This document shows, piece after piece, positions 10,801 through 21,700 of a stretch of 27,933 bases of DNA (within the stretch, counting starts at the first letter, position 1; every line of letters starts with the position of its first letter). The notes beneath the pieces were generated by a model. The model searched no databases. It was not told the origin of the DNA and was given only the letters and a program-made list of their open reading frames with translations. Origin of the DNA: Utricularia gibba (lineage: Eukaryota > Plantae > Magnoliophyta); assembly GCA_002189035.1 (NCBI GenBank), contig NEEC01000261.1:1-27933 (forward strand), in the 5' to 3' direction. The position numbers and the translations under genes were made by a program.

Positions 10801-12659
10801 AAGACCGCCTGTATAAACATGTGGGGTGCACGTGACATCGTAATTTAAACAAATGCATCATTTTTTTTAATCGATTTGCATCCAGTTGACCTCATGAGCC
10901 ATACAGAATCGGGGTCAAGGACCAAGTTCCCAGCGAGACTGGCCGCCACAAAACGAGAAGCGGTTCCTTGAAAAACCATGTAGGCAGCCCCGAAAACCGA
11001 ACGATAATAAATACATCACTTTATTTGCCGGACTACAACTAACTTCGGTGCAAGCCAAACCTTACCTTTGTCCCGTTCCAGGTGCACCCAAAGACCGCCT
11101 CTCAAGTATAAAGTAAGTTGTTGAAAAAATCATGTGGGGTGCACGTGATATCGCAATTTAAACAAATGCAACATTGTATTCATCGATTTGCATCCTTTTG
11201 TCCTCATGAGCCATAAAGAATCGCGGGCCCGGACCAAGTTCCTAGCGAGACTGGCCGCCACAAAACGAGAAGCTGTTCCTTGAAAAACCATGTAGGCAAC
11301 ACCGAAAACCGAACGTTAATAAATACATCACTTTCTTTGCCGGGCTACAACTTACTTTGGGCCAAGGCCTAAGCTGACCTTTTTCCGGTTCCAAGTGCCC
11401 CCAAGACCGCCTCCTCATGTATAAAGTATGTTGTTAAAAAAATCATGTGGGGTGCACGTGACATCGTAATTTAAACAAATGCATCATTTTTTTTAATCGA
11501 TTTGCATCCAGTTGACCTCATGAGCCATACAGAATCGGGGTCAAGGACCAAGTTCCCAGCGAGACTGGCCGCCACAAAACGAGAAGCGGTTCCTTGAAAA
11601 ACCATGTAGGCAGCCCCCGAAAACCGAACGATAATAAATACATCACTTTATTTGCCGGACTACAACTAACTCTCGGTGCAAGCCAAACCTTACCTTTGTC
11701 CGTTCCAGGTGCACCCAAAGACCGCCTGCTCAAGTATAAAGTAAGTTGTTGAAAAAATCATGTGGGGTGCACGTGATATCGCAATTTAAACAAATGCAAC
11801 ATTGTATTCATCGATTTGCATCCTTTTGTCCTCATGAGCCATAAAGAATCGCGGGCCCGGACCAAGTTCCTAGCGAGACTGGCCGCCACAAAACGAGAAG
11901 CTGTTCCTTGAAAAACCATGTAGGCAACACCGAAAACCGAACGTTAATAAATACATCACTTTCTTTGCCGGGCTACAACTTACTTTGGGCCAAGGCCTAA
12001 GCTGATCTTTTTCCGGTTCCAAGTGCACCCAAAGACCGCCTTCTCAAGTATAAAGTAAGTTGTTGAAAAAATCATGTGGGGTGCACGTGACATCATAATT
12101 TAAACAAATGGATCATTTTTTTTAATCGATTTGCATCCAGTTGACCTCATGAGCCATACAGAATCGGGGTCAAGGACCAAGTTCCCAGCGAGACTGGCCG
12201 CCACAAAACGAGAAGCGGTTCCTTGAAAAACCATGTAGGCAGCCCCCGAAAACCGAACGATAATAAATACATCACTTTATTTGCCGGACTACAACTAACT
12301 CTCGGTGCAAGCCAAACCTTACCTTTGTCCCGTTCCAGTGCACCCAAAGACCGCCTGCTCAAGTATAAAGTAAGTTGTTGAAAAAATCATGTGGGGTGCA
12401 CGTGATATCGCAATTTAAACAAATGCAACATTGTATTCATCGATTTGCATCCTTTTGTCCTCATGAGCCATAAAGAATCGCGGGCCCGGACCAAGTTCCT
12501 AGCGAGACTGGCCGCCACAAAACGAGAAGCTGTTCCTTGAAAAACCATGTAGGCGAAAACCGAACGTTAATAAATACATCACTTTCTTTGCCGGGCTACA
12601 ACTTACTTTGGGCCAAGGCCTAAGCTGACCTTTTTCCGGTTCCAAGTGCCCCCCAAGAC

Positions 12660-15600
12660 CGCCTCTCTCATGTGGGGTGCACGTGACATCAGCATCATGA
12701 TTTGCATCCAGTTGACCTCATGAGCCATACAGAATCAAGGACCAAGTTCCCAGCGAGACTGGCCGCCACAAAACGTTGACATCTTGCATCAAATCGACAT
12801 CCAGTTGACCTCATGAGCCATACAGAATCGGGGTCAAGGACCAAGTTCCCAGCGAGACTGGCCGCCACAAAACGAGAAGCGGTTCCTTGAAAAACCATGT
12901 AGGCAGCCCCCGAAAACCGAACGATAATAAATACATCACTTTATTTGCCGGACTACAACTAACTCTCGGTGCAAGCCAAACCTTACCTTTGTCCCGTTCC
13001 AGGTGCACCCAAAGACCGCCTGCTCAAGTATAAAGTAAGTTGTTGAAAAAATCATGTGGGGTGCACGTGATATCGCAATTTAAACAAATGCAACATTGTA
13101 TTCATCGATTTGCATCCTTTTGTCCTCATGAGCCATAAAGAATCGCGGGCCCGGACCAAGTTCCTAGCGAGACTGGCCGCCACAAAACGAGAAGCTGTTC
13201 CTTGAAAAACCATGTAGGCAACACCGAAAACCGAACGTTAATAAATACATCACTTTCTTTGCCGGGCTACAACTTACTTTGGGCCAAGGCCTAAGCTGAC
13301 TTTTTCCGGTTCCAAGTGCCCCCAAGACCGTCCTCATGTATAAAGTAAGTGAAAAAATCATGTGGGGTGCACGTGACATCAATTTAAACAAATGCATCAT
13401 TTTTTTAATCGATTTGCATCCAGTTGACCTCATGAGCCATACAGAATCGGGGTCAAGGACCAAGTTCCCAGCGAGACTGGCCGCCACAAAACGAGAAGCG
13501 TTCCTTGAAAAACCATGTAGGCAGCCCCGAAAACCGAACGATAATAAATACATCACTTTATTTGCCGGACTACAACTAACTTCGGGCAAGCCAAACCTTA
13601 CCTTTTTCCGTTCCAGTGCCCCAAGAATATAAAGTAAGTTGTTGAAAAAATCATGTGGGGTGCACGTGATATCGCAATTTAAACAAATGCAACATTGTAT
13701 TCATCGATTTGCATCCTTTTGTCCTCATGAGCCATAAAGAATCGGGGCCCGGACCAAGTTCCTAGCGAGACTGGCCGCCACAAAACGAGAAGCTGTTCCT
13801 TGAAAAACCATGTAGGCAACACCGAAAACCGAACGTTAATAAATACATCACTTTCTTTGCCGGGCTACAACTTACTTTGGGCCAAGGCCTAAGCTGACTT
13901 TTTCCGGTTCCAAGTTGTATAAAGTAAGTTGTTAAAAAATCATGTGGGGTGCACGTGACATCATAATTTAAACAAATGATCATTTTTTTTAATCGATTTG
14001 CATCCAGTTGACCTCATGAGCCATACAGAATCGGGGTCAAGGACCAAGTTCCCAGCGAGACTGGCCGCCACAAAACGAGAAGCGGTTCCTTGAAAAACCA
14101 TGTAGGCAGCCCCCGAAAACCGAACGATAATAAATACATCACTTTATTTGCCGGACTACAACTAACTCTCGGCAAGCCAAACCTTACCTTTGTCCGTTCC
14201 AGGTGCACCCAAACCGCCTGTATAAAGTAAGTTGTTGAAAAAATCATGTGGGGTGCACGTGATATCGCAATTTAAACAAATGCAACATTGTATTCATCGA
14301 TTTGCATCCTTTTGTCCTCATGAGCCATAAAGAATCGCGGGCCAAGTAGGAGTTGTTCCTTGAAAAAATGTAGGCATGTGGGCCACAAACGTGATATCAT
14401 GTGGGGTGCACGTGATTAATAAACAAATGCATGATAGTTCATCGATTCAAGGACCAAGTTCCCAGCGAGACTGGCCGCCACAAAACGAGAAGCGGTTCCT
14501 TGAAAAACCATGTAGGCAGCCCCCGAAAACCGAACGATAATAAATACATCACTTTATTTGCCGGACTACAACTAACTCTCGCAAGCCAAACCTTACCTTT
14601 GTCCCGTTCCAGGTGCACCCAAAGACCGCCTGCTCAAGTATAAAGTAAGTTGTTGAAAAAATCATGTGGGGTGCACGTGATATCGCAATTTAAACAAATG
14701 CAACATTGTATTCATCGATTTGCATCCTTTTGTCCTCATGAGCCATAAAGAATCGCGGGCCCGGACCAAGTTCCTAGCGAGACTGGCCGCCACAAAACGA
14801 GAAGCTGTTCCTTGAAAAACCATGTAGGCAACACCGAAAACCGAACGTTAATAAATACATCACTTTCTTTGCCGGGCTACAACTTACTTTGGGCCAAGGC
14901 CTAAGCTGACCTTTTTCCGGTTCCAAGTGCCCCAAGACCGCCTCTCATGTATAAAGTAAGTTGTTAAAAAAATCATGTGGGGTGCACGTGACATCGTAAT
15001 TTAAACAAATGATCATTTTTTTTAATCGATTTGCATCCAGTTGACCTCATGAGCCATACAGAATCGGGTCAAGGACCAAGTTCCCAGCGAGACTGGCCGC
15101 CACAAAACGAGAAGCGGTTCCTTGAAAAACCATGTAGGCAGCCCCCGAAAACCGAACGATAATAAATACATCACTTTATTTGCCGGACTACAACTAACTC
15201 TCGGGCAAGCCAAACCTTACCTTTGTCCGTTCCAGGTGCACCCAAAGACCGCCTCTCAAGTATAAAGTAAGTTGTTGAAAAAATCATGTGGGGTGCACGT
15301 GATATCGCAATTTAAACAAATGCAACATTGTATTCATCGATTTGCATCCTTTTGTCCTCATGAGCCATAAAGAATCGCGGGCCCGGACCAAGTTCCTAGC
15401 GAGACTGGCCGCCACAAAACGAGAAGCTGTTCCTTGAAAAACCATGTAGGCAACACCGAAAACCGAACGTTAATAAATACATCACTTTCTTTGCCGGGCT
15501 ACAACTTACTTTGGGCCAAGGCCTAAGCTGATTTTTCCGGTTCCAAGTGCCCCAAAGACCGCCTCTCAAGCATGTAACATCGAAAATTTAAACAAATACA

Positions 15601-18600
15601 CCGGGGTTTAATCATAATCATCACTTTCTTTGCATCCAGGTTACAACTTATGCATTTGCAGGACCATGAGCCATACGCTAAGCTGATCCTTTTTTCCCAG
15701 CCAAGAAAAAGACCGACCTTCTCAATAAAGCGATGTGGGGTGCCTTGAGCCCCCATGTAATAATAATAATAAATACATCACTTTATTTGCCGGACTACAA
15801 CTAACTCTCGGTGCAAGCCAAACCTTACCTTTGTCCGTTCCAGTGCACCCAAGACCGCCTGCTCAAGTATAAAGTAAGTTGTTGAAAAAATCATGTGGGT
15901 GCACGTGATATCGCAATTTAAACAAATGCAACATTGTATTCATCGATTTGCATCCTTTGTCCTCATGAGCCATAAAGAATCCCGGACCAAGTTCCTAGCG
16001 AGACTGGCCGCCACAAAACGAGAAGCTGTTCCTTGAAAAACCATGTAGGCATTAATAAATACATCACTTTCTTGCCGGGCTACAACTTACTTTGGGCCAA
16101 GGCCTAAGCTGACCTTTTTCCGGTTCCAAGTGCCCCCAAGACCGCCTCCTCATGTATAAAGTATGTTTTAAAAAAATCATGTGGGGTGCACGTGACATCG
16201 TAATTTAAACAAATGCATCATTTTTTTTAATCGATTTGCATCCAGTTGACCTCATGAGCCATACAGAATCGGGTCAAGGACCAAGTTCCCAGCGAGACTG
16301 GCGAGAAGCGGTTCCTTGAAAAACCATGTAGGCAGCCCCCGAAAACCGAACGATAATAAATACATCACTTTATTTGCCGGACTACAACTAACTCTCGGGC
16401 AAGCCAAACCTTACCTTTGTCCGTTCCAGGTGCACCCAAAGACCGCCTTCAAGTATAAAGTAAGTTGTTGAAAAATCATGTGGGTGCACGTGATATCGCA
16501 ATTTAAACAAATGCAACATTGTATTCATCGATTTGCATCCTTTTGTCCTCATGAGCCATAAAGAATCGCGGGCCCGGACCAAGTTCCTAGCGAGACTGGC
16601 CGCCACAAAACGAGAAGCTGTTCCTTGAAAAACCATGTAGGCAACACCGAACGTGTTTACTTTGAAAAAATAAGATACATGTGGGGTGCACGTGATCATC
16701 GCAATGCAAGGGCCATACATTCAAGGACCAAGTTCCCAGCGAGACTGGCCGCCACAAAACGAGAAGCGGTTCCTTGAAAAACCATGTAGGCAGCCCCCGA
16801 AAACCGAACGATAATAAATACATCACTTTATTTGCCGGACTACAACTTTTGATGCTTTTATCATGCGGGCAAGCGGACCAAGTTCCGCCTTCCTAGCGAG
16901 ACTGGCCGCCACAAAACGAGAAGCTGTTCCTTGAAAAACCATGTAGGCAACACCGAAAACCGAACGTTAATAAATACATCACTTTCTTTGCCGGGCTACA
17001 ACTTACTTTGGGCCAAGGCCTAAGCTGATCTTTTTCCGGTTCCAAGTGCACCCCAAGTACATGTGGGGTGCACGTGACATCATAATTTAAACAAATGGAT
17101 CATTTTTTTTAATCGATTTGCATCCAGTTGACCTCATGAGCCATACAGAATCGGGGTCAAGGACCAAGTTCCCAGCGAGACTGGCCGCCACAAAACGAGA
17201 AGCGGTTCCTTGAAAAACCATGTAGGCAGCCCCCGAAAACCGAACGATAATAAATACATCACTTTATTTGCCGGACTACAACTAACTCTCGGGCAAGCCA
17301 AACCTTACCTTTGTCCGTTCCAGTGCGACCGCCTCTCAAGTATAAAGTAAGTTGTTGAAAAAATCATGTGGGTGCACGTGATATCGCAATTTAAACAAAT
17401 GCAACATTGTATTCATCGATTTGCATCCTTTTGTCCTCATGAGCCATAAAGAATCGCGGGCCCGGACCAAGTTCCTAGCGAGACTGGCCGCCACAAAACG
17501 AGAAGCTGTTCCTTGAAAAACCATGTAGGCATTAATAAATACATCACTTTCTTTGCCGGGCTACAACTTACTTTGGGCCAAGGCCTAAGCTGACCTTTTC
17601 CGGTTCCAAGTGCCCCCCAAGACCGGTATAAAGTATGTTGTTAAAAAAATCATGTGGGTGCACGTGACATCGTAATTTAAACAAATGCATCATTTTTTTA
17701 ATCGATTTGCATCCAGTTGACCTCATGAGCCATACAGAATCGGGGTCAAGGACCAAGTTCCCAGCGAGACTGGCCGCCACAAAACGAGAAGCGGTTCCTT
17801 GAAAAACCATGTAGGCAGCCCCCGAAAACCGAACGATAATAAATACATCACTTTATTTGCCGGACTACAACTAACTCTCGGTGCAAGCCAAACCTTACCT
17901 TTGTCCCGTTCCAGGTGCACCCAAGACCGCCTCTCAAGTATAAAGTAAGTTGTTGAAAAAATCATGTGGGGTGCACGTGATATCGCAATTTAAACAAATG
18001 CAACATTGTATTCATCGATTTGCATCCTTTTGTCCTCATGAGCCATAAAGAATCGCGGGCCCGGACCAAGTTCCTAGCGAGACTGGCCGCCACAAAACGA
18101 GAAGCTGTTCCTTGAAAAACCATGTAGGCAACACCGAAAACCGAACGTTAATAAATACATCACTTTCTTTGCCGGGCTACAACTTACTTTGGGCCAAGGC
18201 CTAAGCTGATCTTTTTCCGGTTCCAAGTGCCCCAAAGACCGCCTAAGTATAAAGTAAGTTGTTAAAAAATCATGTGGGGTGCACGTGACATCGCAACATT
18301 GTATTCAAGTATTTGTTTTTGTTTCATGAGCATAAGTTGACATCATGGCCAAATGCAGCCCAAGTTCGCTAGCGAGACTGGCCGCCACAAAACGAGAAGC
18401 TGTTCCTTGAAAAACCATGTAGGCAACACCGAAAACCGAACGTTAATAAATACATCACTTTCTTTGCCGGGCTACAACTTACTTTGGGCCAAGGCCTAAG
18501 CTGATCTTTTTCCGGTTCCAAGTGCGACAAGTCAAGCCTTCTCAAAACCAGCGAGCAGCCCCGAAAACCGAGAAGCGGTTCCTTGAAAAACCATGTAGGC

Positions 18601-18760
18601 AGCCCCCGAAAACCGAACGATAATAAATACATCACTTTATTTGCCGGACTACAACTAACTCTCGTGGCAAGCCAAACCACCTTGGTCCCGTGCACGTGCA
18701 TCCTTGACCTGCATGTAGTAAGCAGAAAAAATCATGTGGGGTGACACGTGATATCGCAAT
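12660..18760. other. Zone of disrupted repeat register (truncations, partial duplications and chimeric units), real or consensus artefact
   Basis: Garbled patches at ~12670-12800, 14340-14450, 15570-15770, 16650-16890 and 18290-18730. A-start spacings are 418, 606, 888 (two dimers) and 771 bp instead of 629 per dimer. Confidence 0.8.
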
Positions 18761-21700
18761 TTAAACAAATGCAACATTGTATTCATCGATTTGCATCCTT
18801 TTGTCCTCATGAGCCATAAAGAATCGCGGGCCCGGACCAAGTTCCTAGCGAGACTGGCCGCCACAAAACGAGAAGCTGTTCCTTGAAAAACCATGTAGGC
18901 AACACCGAAAACCGAACGTTAATAAATACATCACTTTCTTTGCCGGGCTACAACTTACTTTGGGCCAAGGCCTAAGCTGATCTTTTTCCGGTTCCAAGTG
19001 CACCCAAAGACCGCCTCTCATGTATAAAGTAAGTTGTTGAAAAAAATCATGTGGGGTGCACGTGACATCATAATTTAAACAAATGCATCATTTTTTTTAA
19101 TCGATTTGCATCCAGTTGACCTCATGAGCCATACAGAATCGGGGTCAAGGACCAAGTTCCCAGCGAGACTGGCCGCCACAAAACGAGAAGCGGTTCCTTG
19201 AAAAACCATGTAGGCAGCCCCCGAAAACCGAACGATAATAAATACATCACTTTATTTGCCGGACTACAACTAACTCTCGGTGCAAGCCAAACCTTACCTT
19301 TGTCCCGTTCCAGGTGCACCCAAAGACCCTGCTCAAGTATAAAGTAAGTTGTTGAAAAAATCATGTGGGGTGCACGTGATATCGCAATTTAAACAAATGC
19401 AACATTGTATTCATCGATTTGCATCCTTTTGTCCTCATGAGCCATAAAGAATCGCGGGCCCGGACCAAGTTCCTAGCGAGACTGGCCGCCACAAAACGAG
19501 AAGCTGTTCCTTGAAAAACCATGTAGGCAACACCGAAAACCGAACGTTAATAAATACATCACTTTCTTTGCCGGGCTACAACTTACTTTGGGCCAAGGCC
19601 TAAGCTGATTTTTCCGGTTCCAAGTGCCCAAAGACCGCCTCTCATGTATAAAGTATGTTGTTAAAAAAATCATGTGGGGTGCACGTGACATCGTAATTTA
19701 AACAAATGCATCATTTTTTTTAATCGATTTGCATCCAGTTGACCTCATGAGCCATACAGAATCGGGGTCAAGGACCAAGTTCCCAGCGAGACTGGCCGCC
19801 ACAAAACGAGAAGCGGTTCCTTGAAAAACCATGTAGGCAGCCCCCGAAAACCGAACGATAATAAATACATCACTTTATTTGCCGGACTACAACTAACTCT
19901 CGGCAAGCCAAACTTACTTTGTCCCGTTCCAGGTGCACCCAAAGACCGCCTGCTCAAGTATAAAGTAAGTTGTTGAAAAAATCATGTGGGGTGCACGTGA
20001 TATCGCAATTTAAACAAATGCAACATTGTATTCATCGATTTGCATCCTTTTGTCCTCATGAGCCATAAAGAATCGCGGGCCCGGACCAAGTTCCTAGCGA
20101 GACTGGCCGCCACAAAACGAGAAGCTGTTCCTTGAAAAACCATGTAGGCAACACCGAAAACCGAACGTTAATAAATACATCACTTTCTTTGCCGGGCTAC
20201 AACTTACTTTGGGCCAAGGCCTAAGCTGACCTTTTTCCGGTTCCAAGTGCCCCCCAAGACCGCCTTCATGTATAAAGTAAGTTGTTAAAAAATCATGTGG
20301 GGTGCACGTGACATCGTAATTTAAACAAATGCATCATTTTTTTTAATCGATTTGCATCCAGTTGACCTCATGAGCCATACAGAATCGGGGTCAAGGACCA
20401 AGTTCCCAGCGAGACTGGCCGCCACAAAACGAGAAGCGGTTCCTTGAAAAACCATGTAGGCAGCCCCCGAAAACCGAACGATAATAAATACATCACTTTA
20501 TTTGCCGGACTACAACTAACTCTCGGTGCAAGCCAAACCTTACCTTTGTCCGTTCCAGGTGCACCCAAAGACCGCCTGCTCAAGTATAAAGTAAGTTGTT
20601 GAAAAAATCATGTGGGGTGCACGTGATATCGCAATTTAAACAAATGCAACATTGTATTCATCGATTTGCATCCTTTTGTCCTCATGAGCCATAAAGAATC
20701 GCGGGCCCGGACCAAGTTCCTAGCGAGACTGGCCGCCACAAAACGAGAAGCTGTTCCTTGAAAAACCATGTAGGCAACACCGAAAACCGAACGTTAATAA
20801 ATACATCACTTTCTTTGCCGGGCTACAACTTACTTTGGGCCAAGGCCTAAGCTGACTTTTTTCCGGTTCCAAGTGCCCCAAAGACCGCCTCTCATGTATA
20901 AAGTAAGTTGTTGAAAAAAAATCATGTGGGGTGCACGTGACATCGTAATTTAAACAAATGCATCATTTTTTTTAATCGATTTGCATCCAGTTGACCTCAT
21001 GAGCCATACAGAATCGGGGTCAAGGACCAAGTTCCCAGCGAGACTGGCCGCCACAAAACGAGAAGCGGTTCCTTGAAAAACCATGTAGGCAGCCCCCGAA
21101 AACCGAACGATAATAAATACATCACTTTATTTGCCGGACTACAACTAACTCTCGGGCAAGCCAAACCTTACCTTTGTCCGTTCCAGGTGCCCCAAAGACC
21201 GCCTCCTCAAGTATAAAGTAAGTTGTTGAAAAAATCATGTGGGGTGCACGTGATATCGCAATTTAAACAAATGCAACATTGTATTCATCGATTTGCATCC
21301 TTTTGTCCTCATGAGCCATAAAGAATCGCGGGCCCGGACCAAGTTCCTAGCGAGACTGGCCGCCACAAAACGAGAAGCTGTTCCTTGAAAAACCATGTAG
21401 GCAACACCGAAAACCGAACGTTAATAAATACATCACTTTCTTTGCCGGGCTACAACTTACTTTGGGCCAAGGCCTAAGCTGACCTTTTTCCGGTTTCCAA
21501 GTGCCCCCCAAAGACCGCCTTCCTCATGTATAAAGTATGTTTTAAAAAAAATCATGTGGGGTGCACGTGACATCGTAATTTAAACAAATGCATCATTTTT
21601 TTTAATCGATTTGCATCCAGTTGACCTCATGAGCCATACAGAATCGGGGTCAAGGACCAAGTTCCCAGCGAGACTGGCCGCCACAAAACGAGAAGCGGTT

